This document shows, in pieces, positions 13,752-29,192 of a stretch of DNA of 64,000 nucleotides; position 1 is the stretch's first letter, and every line of letters starts with the position of its first letter. Source of the DNA: Octopus vulgaris (lineage: Eukaryota); assembly GCA_951406725.2 (NCBI GenBank), contig OX597818.1, positions 37,696,001 through 37,760,000 on the forward strand, read 5' to 3'. The position numbers were made by a program, and so were the translations under genes. The notes below the pieces were generated by a model. It was not told the origin of the DNA and made no database searches. It saw nothing but the letters and a program-made list of their open reading frames with translations.

Positions 13752-14419
13752 TGTGTCTGTGAGTGTTATTATGGTATATATATAAGTTATGATGGGTTTC
13801 ATTCACAAAAAGGACTTCATCAGTGAGCGATAAATATCAATTTAATACACATACTGAAATAGGTAGTAATTGTTTCGTGCTTTTTATGGTACTTTAGGTA
13901 AGTATATTTATAAAATAGACCATGTACCTCCCAGCAATCTTTCGCCAGTGTCTACAGTCCTAGCTATTAAAATATACCTAATGCATAAGCAGGGCCTGAA
14001 AGATTGCTTGGAGATACGTGATGCATTTTATAAATATACCTATCTAAAATATCATAAAAGCATGAAACTCTTAGTAGCTATTTTGGTATTGTATTAAATT
14101 GATGTATAACGCAATGGTCACGGTAGGAACATCTTTGACTATATGTGTGTTCAATCTGCAGCTAATAAGACAGGTAGCGTGTGTTAAATTGTGTGTGTGT
14201 TTTCCTTTTTTTCATAAATATACCATTAGTCCAGCAAAGAAATGTAGTTTCCTTATTGATAAATTCCATTTTCATATCTATTAAAGTTAATCACACCGAT
14301 TGCCAAATATTTTGCCAACAGTAAAGACAATTATATGATTCCTGTGTCGGCATAAACAAACATTATCCATTAATTTAACGACAAAACTATCATAGTGAAA
14401 TCTCATCCACAAATTACCT

Positions 14420-15700
<1,281 letters not shown>

Positions 15701-16378
15701 TTTGTATGTCTGAGTTTTTAAACATCACTTGACAACGGATGTTTGATTGGCCTAATAGCGTTATATATGTATATATGTTGTGTGTCTGTGTGTGTGTAAA
15801 TCTCGAGGAAAAAGATGAGCTCAACACCGTATTGATATAAGAACAAATAATATATATATTTGTGCATTGATTTCACCATGGAAATCGTTTAAATAGTTGA
15901 TATCTTCTTTCAGCCTGTGGGGTGTGTCATTTGACATTACGATATAAAAACACCGTCGGGAATTCACGATAAAGTCTCGCAAACAAAACAAGAAATCAAG
16001 CGGAACCAACACGGTATGGTTTCAAGGTGTATTGCCTTATATAGGTATCAAACTGACCAGCAGAAAATTCTATACATATTTTATATTAGAAAACAATTAT
16101 ATTTGCAATAAAAAAGATAGCACACTAATATATATATATAAAAAATATATAAAAGTAAGGGGTGTGTCTGTTCAGAAATGCAACATAACCGCATTTAACA
16201 CCCTTTAGTTACACAATCATAATTGATAGGATATATTAGTTTTAAAAATAGATTTAATTTTTTTTATTTTAATATATTATATAAAGGAGATTTAATTCTG
16301 ATGTCATTTTATTTTATATTTTATATTTTATATTTTTTTCTTTATTTCTATGCATTGTATTTCTTGAACGTATTCTTG

Positions 16379-16417
<39 letters not shown>

Positions 16418-17269
16418 ATGTATGTGTGTGTGTGTAAATCGAAAAATGAAGATGGCTCAAACCGTATTGATGGATAAGAACTTCTTATTTGTGCATTGAG
16501 GTCACCATTGGTTTCATGTTAAGAAAATAGCTTAATATCTTAACAATTATTTTATAGATAGATAGATCTGTATTTTGAACGATATACAGATTCTATAATA
16601 GGTATCGCAAACAAAATAGAAATAGAGCTAGAAACATATTTGTGATTTATCATAGTTTAGATAGATAAAGATGCAGTTCGTTTATATTATATTATATCCT
16701 GGGTATGAATAATGCTTGTATGTTTGTGTGTTGAGAAAATTTCTCATGAGGACATGTGTCTTTGATGTGTGGAATTCGTATAATGTGTATATTTAATGAT
16801 GACGTTCAGAGAAAGAGCCTATCCTTGAAGGAACGGCGGAGTGGAGAATAGTTCCTCTTTGTAATGTCGGAGTGTAAAATTTTGCGTGTGCATGCAAAGA
16901 GAGGTTTCATCCCTGCTGTTTAAGCAGTTATCTTTTGATTGAGTGATGTTAACTTTTCCTCACAAATTCTCACTCACGTATTCATATGTATTTTCAAGCA
17001 AAATCATTTGCTGATTTGAGGTATGCTTTACTTTTCTTCCAATGGTAGATATGTCGCATGCCTATTATTTAGTCCTGACGCCTGTATGCAACATGAAGAG
17101 TGTCATGCATATGTACTTTGTCCCTGGAATCCATGATTTTGGCCTTATATGCAAGTTCGTTTTCCAGACAGCTATTGTTTAGGATTTCTATCTACAGTTA
17201 CAGTGTTTTATATTATTATCTATCTATCTATCTATCTATATTATCTATATCTATCTATATATTTTATAT

Positions 17270-17321
<52 letters not shown>

Positions 17322-17360
17322 GTAGTAGGTAGGTAGGTAGGTAGGTAGGTAGGTAGGTGT

Positions 17361-17407
<47 letters not shown>

Positions 17408-17584
17408 GACTCAAGTAATGTAGAACCTTCATTTTCGATACTGGTTTCATGTTAGAAAATAGCTATATGCTTAAAATTTTTCATATACACGGAGTGGTGT
17501 TCGCTGATATATTATTCATATATCGTATTAATAAGTATTGTCTGCTAAAATAAAGCGATATAGTAAGGTGTGTCTAGCCACATG

Positions 17585-18085
17585 TGTATATTTAATGATG
17601 ACGTTCCAGAGAACTTCCCGAGCCTATCCTTGAAGGAACGGCGGAGTGGAGAATAGTTCCTCTTTGTAATGTCAGGATGTGTAAAATTTTGCATTGTGCA
17701 TGCAAAGAGGTTTCATCCCTGCTGGCAAGCAGTTATCTTTTGATTGAGTGATGTTTAACTTTTCAGTAACACAAAGCACACACGTGTGTGTGCGTGCGTG
17801 TGTGTGTTTCTAGCTTTGACAAAAATGCATCATGTTATTTGAGGTATGCTTACTCCACTTTCTTCAATGTCCATATCATATTGGATAGGGATGTCGCATG
17901 CCTATTATTTTAGTCCATCAATGACTCCAGATGTATGGAACGAGTTGCCCGTCATTCCAATATGTACCTTTGTTACTCCGTTGGAATCCATGATTTTGGC
18001 CTTATATGCAAGTTCGTTTTCCAGACAGCTATTGTTTAGAGGACTGCTGTACGAATATCTACAGTTACAGTGTTTTTCAGGTGAG
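17585..18085 (-). mobile_element. Penelope-like element remnant, C-terminal GIY-YIG endonuclease region
   Basis: [32 protein letters not shown] then TSLSNMIWTLK: the Cys-rich linker, VY/YIG-type and T.LS..IW.LK pattern of PLE endonucleases. A more corrupted copy lies at 16785-17210. Confidence 0.75.
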
Positions 18086-18129
18086 TGAGTGTATAAAAGC
18101 ATATATGTACATATGTACATGTATGTATG

Positions 18130-18196
<67 letters not shown>

Positions 18197-18245
18197 GTAG
18201 GTAGGTAGGTAGGTAGGTAGGTAGGTAGGTAGGTAGGTAGGTAGG

Positions 18246-18310
<65 letters not shown>

Positions 18311-18956
18311 CTCGAAAGTAAGTAGACACCATCATTTTCGAAAAATTTAGTTCTAGAAATAAAATAATCATATTTGATGCATTTAAATACTTATTTGTAT
18401 TGTAATAAACCTTGAAGATCCTTTTATTTATTCCATTTGATATCGAAATAGTATTTTGCAAAATAAGATATAAAAGACTCTATTTCTTTTTTTATTTTAT
18501 TGTATTAAGTCATTTGTTTATTTCAGATGTCTTGCCAATAGAGAAAGAGCCGGTTTCTAACCTAGATCCAAGACTCCTTCATTGGAATTTCAACACCAGC
18601 AGGATATTTTTGCATATATGTGTGTGTGTGTATATGCAAAAATGTGCATTGTGCGGTTAGGAACCTTGCTTCCCAGTCACATGGTTTCGGGTTCAGTTCC
18701 ACTGCGTGGCGCCTTAGTCAAGTATCTTCTGCTATAGCCTCAGGCTGACCGAAGCCTTGTGACTGAATTTGGTAGGCGGAAGTTATCTTCGTGTGTGTAC
18801 ATGTATGTGTAAGTACTTTTGCCTCCTAAAAGAGAGGGGTGTGCATGAAAGAGAGGGGGCACCAAATAAGAAAACAATGAAAAAGTTGTCCAACTGGGGG
18901 GTTTTCACAGTTTCGGCGTTTAGGATTGTGCTGCTTATTTCTATCCAATGCTAACA

Positions 18957-19023
<67 letters not shown>

Positions 19024-19024
19024 G

Positions 19025-19480
19025 TCAATTGCTGAGTCTATCGTCAATATTGTCACGCCTCCTTCCTTCAAACGGGAAGGAAGAGCTATTTTCATCATCC
19101 TTGTGGCTATGGCGAAAGAATGTATCTGGTGGACGCGTCTGAAAGGATTGAGACAAACACTTTCCTCTCTGGTCAATCTCTCATCAACTTCTTCAAGTAC
19201 CACTTGAAAAGGAAAGTGAGAGTAGAGAGGCAAGTTTTGTCTAGCGAATGTTTTAAAAAAAGATGGGTGAATGTAGCAAGAATGGCACGTATGAATGACG
19301 AAGCCACCTTGAGCATAGTCCTATGAACCCAGAAATCGAAAACAGAGAGTTGCTTATTTGCAAAAAAAAAAAAAAGAAATATAAAATGTGACATCATTGA
19401 CCGAGGTTACCGTGGTCTTTTCCGTAGGCTTTTCTTTGCACGGGTAAACCTCACCTGTCCTCCCCTTTACACTTCATATT
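19025..19480 (+). mobile_element. Tx1/L1-like LINE 3' fragment
   Basis: AMAKECIWWTRLKGL / FLSGQSLINFFKYHLKRKVRVER match the C-terminus of the 5010-7590 element. Confidence 0.85.
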
Positions 19481-19939
19481 GACATTTCTGTGATAACGAT
19501 CCCTATTGATCAATTTTTTTTCCTCCCCCCTTTTTTTTAAACCCCCTTTTTTTGTCCTCTTTCTCTCCTTTTTACGATCCCTTTTGATCGAAACTCCCCC
19601 TTCCTTTTTTTTTTTTTTTTTTTTTTTTCTTAAACCTTCAAAAGAAAAGCTCTACCTTGTATTTGTTCTATATATATATATATATATATATCTATATATA
19701 TATATATTTCACGTTGCTCCAGTTCACTCAGCTGTAGAATTGAGTTGCGACATCACTGGTGTCAAGCTGTATCGACCTTTGTCTTTCCCTTGGATAACAC
19801 TAGTGGCGTGGAGAGGGGAGGCTGGTATGCATGGGCGACTGCTGGTCTTCCATAAACAACCTTGCCCGGACTTGTGTCTAGGAGGGTAACTTTCTAGGTG
19901 CAATCCCATGGTCATTCATGACCGAAGGGGGTCTTTACC

Positions 19940-20000
<61 letters not shown>

Positions 20001-21270
20001 CAGATAGATAATAAAGCTCGCCACGATAGATCGCTAGCCACTACACATTATTTTCTCTCCTTGTTTCTTTCCATGTTCCTTTCTGTGGAAGAGCGTAGGC
20101 TCGAAACGTTAAAGACCTTTTCACTTCCCGAGCGTTATACTAATACATCTGTTTGTTGTCTACACCACCTGTCTTCGTCTTTGATTTTTTGTGAATTCTC
20201 CCCTTATACACACACACACACGGTGCAGCAGTATCAGAAGAATGTTAACAGAAAAAGTGGTCATTGTAAGCGGTAGATGTGTTGGCACAATAGACACTAA
20301 ATAAAAACAGACTTCGTCAAATACCCGGGAGCGCTGCTTAGAAGAAGCAGCTAGCTTCCGTCACCGCTTGACACACACATGCACACACGTGTGTGTGCGT
20401 GCGTGTGTGTGTTTGTGTGTCCACCACTACCGCTTGACAACCGGTGTTGGTTTGTTTACATCCCCGTAACTTACCCGGTTAGCGAAAAATATTGATAGAA
20501 TAAGTACTAGGCTTTAAAAAAAAATAATAATTACTGGGGCCGATTTGTTCGACTAAACTTTTCAAGGCCCCCCACAAAGCCGCAGTATAATGACTGAAAC
20601 AAGCAGATAAAAAATATAGGGCCACAAATATATATATAAACAATAAAATCCCGCAAACCAACCATTACTCTTGTTCAGAACTCTAAACTTTACATGCATT
20701 TCTTATTTAAAATAATGTTTATATTGGGTGACCAACATTCCGATACCTTTGGTATTATGCCCTTTTAAATAAACGATCTCTAAACTTTCAAATGTGATTA
20801 ACTGAATTACTAAACAATTGTTGATCTTCCATAAGGAGGGAGATATGTGCTACAGTAGAATACCACATTTCCACCCCCTGGGATGGTAATGTTCTTTCTT
20901 CTGTCATAGACATTCTTGACCAACTTTTGGTTAAGTCCATTTGTGTCATTCACATTAACATCCATCAAGCTATTGTTCAAAACCTAAGAGTCATTAGCTG
21001 ATAATACTAGATCTTAGTTCAGGATCAAAACCGACAAGCCAGTTCCCAGAGAATCTATAGTCTTATAAGATATGTGTGATATTTATTTTCATATGTCTAT
21101 AAAACACACACGCACTCACATACTCATACACGGACTTACATATAGACATTTCACACACATATAGCTAACCATATATATTCCTTTCTACTAAAGGCACTAG
21201 GACTGAAATTTCAGGGAAGGACTAAGTCGATCACATCGACCCCAGTGTAATTATTACTGGCCCTCAATAG

Positions 21271-21860
21271 GCGGCGAGCTGGCAGAATCGTTAGCATACT
21301 GGACAAAATGCTTAGCAGTATTTCGTCTGCCGTTACGTTCTGAGTTCAAATTCCGCCGAGGTTGACTTTGCCTTTCATCTTTTCAGAGTCGATAAATTAA
21401 GTACCAATTACGCACTGGGGTCGATATTATCGACTTAATCCGTTTGTCTGTCCTTGTTTGTCCCCTCTGTGTTTAGCCCCTTGTGGGTAGTAAAGAAATA
21501 GGTATTTCATCTGCCGCTACGTTCTGAGTTCAAATTCCGCCGAGGTCGACTTTGCCTTTCATCCTTTCGGGTCGATTAAATAAGTACCAGTTACGCACTA
21601 GGGTCGATTAATTAAGTACCAGTTACGCACTGGGGTCGGTCCTTGTTTGTCCCCTCTGTGTGTAGCCCCTTGTGAGCAGTAAAGAAATAGGTATTTCATT
21701 CGTTGCTACGTTCTGAGTTCGAATTCCTACGAGGTCGATTTTGCCTTTCCTCTTTTCAGGGTCGATAAATTAAGTACCAGTGAATCACTGGGGTCGATGT
21801 AATCGACTAGTTCCTTCCCTTCAAATTTCAAGCCTTGTGCCTATAGAAGAAAGGATTATC
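21271..21860 (+). mobile_element. SINE family B (Meta/MESC-like core GCCTTTCATCCTTTCGGGGTCGATAAATTAAGTACC), tandem trimer
   Basis: One full GGCGGCGAGCTGGCAGAA head followed by three core units; superfamily name is from recollection of the core motif. Confidence 0.85.
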
Positions 21861-22524
21861 ACTAGCACTCTGTCGGTTTCGACGACGAGGGTTCCAGTTG
21901 ATCCGATCAGCGGAACAGCCAGCTCATGAAATTAAAGTGCAAGTGGCTGAGCGCTTCACAGACACTCGTACTCTTAACGTAGTTCTCGAGGAGATTCAGC
22001 AAGACACAGAATATGACAAGGCTGGCTCTTTGCCAACTGAGCGGACATTTAGCAACGTGAAATACAGCGTTTTGCTTATGGACGCAACGTGCCGCCAGGA
22101 ATCACACACTCGACACTACGGTCGCGAAAAATCTGTTAAAGCAGTATAAAAAGGAAAGAATGAAAATCTTAATTCCAAACTACAAACGTGGTTTGTATTG
22201 GTGTCTTTTAGATAATATTTCTAATGCGTTCTTCCGTTATTTTTCACTGATCTAGTTATAAAGCTGTCTTAATCACTTGTCATATCTGAAACTTAAGAAG
22301 TCGGAATTGGTAATTGATCGAAGCAAATTGAAACAGTTAACGACTAGTTATTAGCCGAATATTATTCTTGATCAGCTTTACATTCCCACCCACGCGTGCA
22401 CGCACAGACATAGGCACACAAGCAAACTCCTCCACATAGTTATACACATACACGCATATACATATACATACATACACATACACGCATACACATACACGCA
22501 CACACATACATAGCGTGCGCACTC

Positions 22525-23225
22525 TGTGACTGTGTGGTAAGAAGCTTTGCTTTCCGATCACATGACCCTGAGTTCAGAACCACTGCGTGGCACCTTATTT
22601 CTTATTTCTTTATTGCCCAAAAGAGGCAATAACGTCAGACGAAATACCTATTTCTTTAATACCCACAAGTGGCTACACACAGAAGGAACAAACAAGGACA
22701 GACAAACGGATTAAGTCGATTATATCGACCCCAGTGCGTAACTGGTACTTATTTAATCGACCCCGAAAGGATGAAAAGGTAAAGTTGACCTCGGCGGAAC
22801 TTGAACTCAGAACGTAACGGCAGACGAAATACCGCTAAGCATTTCGCCCGGCGTGCTAACGTTTCTGCCAACTCGCCGCCTTGGGCAGGTATCTTCTACT
22901 ATAGTCCCTGGTCGACCAAAGCCTTGTGAGTAGATGGATTTTGTTGTCGGAAACAGAAGGAAACTTGTCTATACACATGCACTTGCGCTCGCGCGTGTAC
23001 CTTTCTGTATTTGTGTCTGTGTTTGTCCCTTATCAACGTTTGACAACGGGTGTTGGCGTGTTTACGACCTGAAACTTAGTAATTTGACAAAAGTTACCAA
23101 TAAAATGAGTACTAGACTTAAATTATAATAAAATAAGTAATGGGATCGATTCGTTCGACAAACATTCTTGAAGGTGGTACTCCAGCATGGCCACAGTCTA
23201 ATGACTGAAACAAGTAGAAGAAAAA
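22525..23225 (+). mobile_element. SINE family A interrupted by an antisense family B copy (about 22596-22880)
   Basis: A head stops at GGCACCTT and resumes at TTGGGCAGGTATCTTCTACT after the reverse-complement B unit. Confidence 0.85.
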
Positions 23226-23381
23226 GACCGAAAGAAAAATATATACACATGCACACTTATATATATATATATATATATATATAAATATTAATAATATCAG
23301 GGTAATAAAGATTTTAGAAATTTTTACTACAAGTGGCCTAACATATAGAAAAATTAGTCAATAGACTATATATTATTCATG

Positions 23382-23825
23382 TAAAATACAGTGTAAATTT
23401 AAACACATTAAGAGGTTTCCATCAAAGGAATCCTTTACGCTTGAAAGAACAGCTAAAGTCTAAACCACTAATTAGGGATAAATTCTCAAAGGGAATGAAA
23501 AATAAAAGCATTTACCATCTATTTCTTGCGCGGTGGATTTGAAAAAATTAAAATGTATAACCAAGAGGTACATGCTGGATTGGCCTCATGTTTATATGTT
23601 TAATCTTGGCGTACCTGTTGAAGACGACTTCGCCTAGCAAATTATTTTATTCGCTAAAATAAGTCAGAAACCATGGTCCAGGAAAGAGATGGTAAATGTT
23701 TTTATTTTTCATTCCCTTCGAGAATTTATCTCTAATTAGTGGTTTGTACTTTAGCTGTTCTTTCTAGCGTAAAGGATTCCTATAATGGAAACCTCTTAAT
23801 GTGTTTAAATTTGCACTGTATTTTA
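23382..23825. repeat. fold-back element, ~145-bp inverted arms (23382-23526, 23681-23825) between microsatellites
   Basis: Arms are reverse complements with few substitutions. Confidence 0.9.
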
Positions 23826-23826
23826 T

Positions 23827-23871
<45 letters not shown>

Positions 23872-24259
23872 CATACACACGCACATATATATATATATAT
23901 ATATATATACAAATACACCCACCCACATACACACACGCACATATGCACACACACACACACACACACATAAACCCACATACACAAATAACACATGCGAAGA
24001 AATAGTTTTATCATTCTTCAATTAAACGCCATTCATATCAGCGAGGAAAGATCGATATTAATCAATAATTTCATCTTAATCTACTTATCTAAATGTATTG
24101 CTTATGCTTATCTAAATGTATTGCTTATGCTTATCATAAAGTTTGTCTCCCACTCACACACACAAAAACACATACAAACTCGTACATTGACACACGTAAA
24201 CACACACGCACGCGCGCACACACTCTCACATTTTTCTCTCTCCCCATTTACTTCCTTCT

Positions 24260-24680
24260 CTTATTTACTCTTTTACTTGTTTCAGTCATTTGACTGCGGC
24301 CATGCTGGAGCACCGCCTTTAGCCGAGCAAATCGACACCAGGACTTATTCTTTGTAAGCCTAGTGCTTATTCTATCGGTCTCTTTTGCCGAACCGCTAAG
24401 TTACGGCGACGTAAACACACCAGCATCGGTTGTCAAGCGATGTTAGGGGCGGGTGGGGTGTTGGGCAAACACAGATACACAAACATATATACACACGTAC
24501 ATATATATATATACATATATACGACGGGCTTCTTTCAGTTTCCGTCTACTAAATCCGCTCACAATGCTTTGGTCGGCCTGTAGCTATAGTAGAATACACT
24601 TGCTCAAGGTGCCACGCAGTGGGACTGAATCCGGAACCATGTGGTTGGTAAGCAAGCTACTTAACACAGCCACTCCTACG
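24260..24680 (-). mobile_element. SINE family A
   Basis: Near-identical to 1585-1945 and 43435-43770. Confidence 0.88.
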
Positions 24681-24705
24681 CCTATATTTTAAAAGTGTTG
24701 GTAGC

Positions 24706-24778
24706 CGGCTATGAGACTCGAACTCACACCTCCGTGATTACGCGTCGCGATGCTCTGAACCATTAAGCTAAACTGCCC
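24706..24778 (-). pseudogene. tRNA-like sequence (Thr-CGT-like pseudogene or SINE head)
   Basis: Minus strand GGGCAGTTTAGCTTAATGGTTCAGAGCATCGCGACGCGTAATCACGGAGGTGTGAGTTCGAGTCTCAT: A and B boxes and T-arm present, acceptor and anticodon stems poorly paired. Confidence 0.55.
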
Positions 24779-24839
24779 ACATTGTTTTATATTTCTATTA
24801 TCATTGTTTTATCTTGCTATTATTTCTCTCGGTTCCAAG

Positions 24840-25496
24840 ACGGCGAGCTGGCAGAAACGTTAGCGCGCCGGGCAAATGCTTAGCGGTATTTCGTCTGCGG
24901 CTAAGTTCTGGGTTCAAATTCCGCCGAGGTCGACTTTGCTTTCATCCTTTCGGGGTCGATAAATTAAGTACATAGCCGGCCGCCAACACTGGGGTCGAGG
25001 TAATCGACTTAATCCGTTTGTCTGTCCTTGTTTGTCCTCTCTGTGTTTAGCCTCTTGTGGGTAGTAAAGAAATAGGTATTTCGTCTGCCGTTACGTTCTA
25101 AGTTCAAATTTCGCCGAGGTCAGCTTTACCTTTCAGCTAACTCCTCCGCATATACATACACACACGCACACACATACATGGCGTGCGCACTCCGTGATTG
25201 TGTGGTAAGAAGCTTTGCTTTCTAATCACATGACCCTGAGTTCAGTGCCACTGCGTGGCACCTTATTTCTTATTTCTTATTTCTTTACTGCCCACAAGAG
25301 GCTACACACAGAGGGGACAAACGGATTAAGTCGATTAAATCGACCCCAGTGCGTAATTGGTACTTATTTAATCGACCACGAAAGGATGAAAGGCAAAGTC
25401 GACCTCGGCGGAATTTGAACTCAGAATGTAACGGCAGACGCAATACGGCTACGCATTTCGCCCGGCGTGCTAACGTTTCTCCTAGCTCGCCGCCTT
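24840..25496. mobile_element. two family B SINEs in opposite orientation (24840-25135 +, 25270-25496 -) with a family A head between
   Basis: Direct sequence match to other B and A copies. Confidence 0.85.
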
Positions 25497-25616
25497 AAAC
25501 ATATACCAATGTAAACCCATCATTCTCAGACACACTCACACACTGCCTATTTGAAATGCCATGTATGCTTAAAATAACACATCCGAATTAATATTCACCA
25601 CTTGATTTGCACCGCT

Positions 25617-25650
<34 letters not shown>

Positions 25651-25948
25651 GATATAATACCTTTCTCTGTTTTTGTCTGGCCCTCTCTCTCTTTCTTTCC
25701 TCTGATCTCTTCTTTCTACATAAGGGTCAGATCTCTCTTTTAGAGAGATGTAGACCTTCACTATGTTGACATTTAAGCAATCCAAAATATATATATATAC
25801 AAAAAATAGTAAAGGAAACATTTGAAACCCCAGCAAAAAGAATATGTTCTGTATATATGAAGGCTTCTTTAAACACCCGTTTATCACAACAATGCATATA
25901 CCAGAAAGAAAGAAATGTAACAACTTATATATGTTTTTGTGTGTGTAC

Positions 25949-25979
<31 letters not shown>

Positions 25980-25986
<7 letters not shown>

Positions 25987-26260
25987 AAATCCGTTCTGTC
26001 TATATGTGTGTGTCTTCTAGGATCTCGGGCATCTTCCATCCGATTGCGCTCAAATTTGATATGTAGATACCGACGGTATCAGGGCGTGTATAAGTCTTGG
26101 AAAAATTACAAAGATCGATTCCAAGTGAGAATGCGATCGATAAAGCCGTGGGGACGTGCATTTGTACGCGCAAGTACATCAGCTGTTGCGATCGGTACTA
26201 CGCGCACGCGAGAAAAATGCACGTGCAGTTTGTGCAATAAAAGCCGGATGGCTTGAAATA
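25980..26260 (+). mobile_element. possible non-autonomous Helitron 5' region
   Basis: TATATAAAATCCGTTCTGTC..TGTGTGTGTC..CCGATTGCGCTCAAATTTG resembles animal Helitron-N 5' ends; 3' CTAG end not located. Confidence 0.35.
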
Positions 26261-27388
26261 ATGCCACAAAATGCAGTATATTTAAGAAACCAAAAAAGTA
26301 AGATGCAAATGAGATATTTTCTTCAAACTTAGCATGAAGGAAGGTAAGACTATTTGGTTTTTCAGGAAGTTTTTATTTTTTGCCTTAACTTGGTTGTTTA
26401 ACAAAACCAAACATTTTATTGAAATAAAGGCATGCTTAATTATTTTTTAATGAAAAGCAAACACTGATTGCTTTTTATTCAAAGAAGAAAATACCATTTT
26501 CTTGCTAATAAATGATTTTTGTTGCCTTACAGCTTTAAACCAAAAAGGTGTATTTTTTAGTGAAAGAAAACCATTATTGTATTCAATCAAGATTGTTTGA
26601 GCTTTATTTCAAGGTGAATGTAGTCAAAATACTTCAATTTAAGAAACAAAAGACTATTTGCTTGCTTCTTAATCGTGCAATATTTGCATTCTCTAAACGT
26701 ACACAATTAACCTGCAATTGACCAGTTTTTTTTTTTTAATGAAAATGTGATACTTTTGCATTTTTAATTATAATTGTGTTATTGTTTCAAAGGTATTGGT
26801 GTTTTTACGGCGAGAAGACAGTTATTTCCCAAAAGTTGAAGTTCAATTGCATAGCATTTACATTTAAAATATGTACACCTTGCCTTTTTGTGTTGACATT
26901 AATCTTGACAACCTTTAATGTCTTTACTTGCTCATGAAATGTTCTTTCTTCGGTTGCATATTTGTGCGAATAAAATCGTTTTTCTTTGGAATAGAAAAAA
27001 AGTCTCTTTTTATTTCTTCTTTTGGTGGTATCTCAAATTCAGATTAAATCAGTGTTTCTCAAAAGGGAGGCCTATGGGACGGTCGGACAAGATGTTTTGA
27101 GAAAATTTGGTTTAAATGTTTGACAACTCAGCACCGTCCATTGGGCGGGGTGCGGGAGTAGACAAATCAGGGGCGGCTGAAGAAGGGGAATTTTCCTTGT
27201 GTTGTATGTCTTGTACTGTTTTTTCGTTGTTAAAAAAATGTCCGTTTCCATGGTTTTGTTTTTGTTTTCTCATTGTGTTCGACGTTTCTTTGGTGTCCTG
27301 TACCCATATATGCATGTATATATACATATAGATGTAGATACGTACATATATGTATGTATATATGCATATGTTTTATTTATTATTTTGT

Positions 27389-27444
<56 letters not shown>

Positions 27445-28737
27445 ATATATTTATATATATATATAATACATACATATGTATATATATGTATATTATACAT
27501 ACATATACGCATATATATATATGCATACGTATATACTTGCATGCATGCATACATTCTCTTTCCCCATAAAAATAATTGAGCACACGTGCGCTCTCGTATA
27601 CGTGCAAGCACGCACACGCATACACACACGCATACACACACGCACAAACACACTCAAACAGATACGCGCAAAAGCACACTCACACACACATATGCACATA
27701 TACACACACGTGTTTGAAGTATGTCTACATGCACTGAAGCGCCAGCTAGTAAGCTTCTACGTGGTCGCGCAACTTGCTAAAAATAAGAGTCAAGTTCCCT
27801 TCAAGTTACACTCCTATATTCTTAAAAAGAAGGAAGTACATGTTGGATAATGCCATAGATACGCTATCTAAAACGGACAGGAATGGCGAAGCTGGAATAT
27901 TTCTGGTTAAAGCTGTTATAGCTATCCTCTATACTCGATCGAGCACGACATTAAATTGACAACATGCATACATATATACTTTCTACTCTAGGCACAAGGC
28001 CTGAAATTTTGGGGGGAGGGAGCCAGTCGATTACATCGATCCCAGTACGCAACTGGTACTTAATTTATCGACCTTGAAAGGATGAAAGGCAAAGTCAACC
28101 TCGGGTGAATTTGAACTCAGAACGTAAAGACAGACGAAATACATATTTCTTTACTACCCACAAGGGGCAACAATTCGTGACTTCTAACGACTCAGGAGGA
28201 AAAGCGAGCTCGACTCAATTGAGATTCTATCTTAGAATGTAGAACGAAGAAACTGGACATCATAAACGGGAATTTCGCTCTAAATGAAACAAAAATGGCG
28301 TTTCTATTAGCGAATGTTACTCAGAATGTTGGGCTTGTCTTTAAGTTCAGCTGAGATAAACTGATGTGATAAATCAAATCTTGGCAAACAGGACATATTT
28401 AATCAGACTGGTAAATTAATTTTGCGTCTTATTGCAATTATATTTAATTGATTTCCTACTTAATCATAAAATCACAAATTTATATATGAGATTGCGTGAC
28501 GTTTATATCTTTCGCTTGGACATGAACGTCTTAAGTGGAGGAAAGTGGCTTAATGTCGATAATTGAAATGAGTTGGCGATTTCGGAAGTTTATAATTGAA
28601 ATGAGTTGGCGATTTCGGAAGTTTATCAGTCAATACGAACACAACGGTTCGTTTAACTGATTCCATGACCGGCTTCAGGTGCCTTCTTAATTACATAGTC
28701 TCACCTGACCGACTGAGAATTCAACAAACCCAACCCC

Positions 28738-28778
<41 letters not shown>

Positions 28779-29096
28779 CTCTCTCTCTCTCTCTCCCTTG
28801 AAATACACGTTTGTCTTTTACCTTTTACTTCTTTCACTCATTGGACTGCAGCCGTGCTGTGGCACCGCCTTGAAGGTTTTAGTTGAACATATCGGTTCCA
28901 GCAATTATGCTTATTTACGGAGACGTAAAATTACCATCACTGATTGTCAAGTGGAAGTGAAGAACAAATACAAAGATACCACACTCATGCACACACATGG
29001 AGACTAGTACCAACGTTCCCGCATGGTACGCTCGAACAATTGTAAAGAATCTCATCCACCAATGATCACTCGTTCTCACTGTTCGATATCAGCATG

Positions 29097-29192
<96 letters not shown>

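Noticed and set aside
28558-28625. Short exact tandem duplications (also about 24085-24133, 52593-52659, 53154-53205)
   Set aside because: Two-copy 23-33 bp slippage duplications with no further structure.
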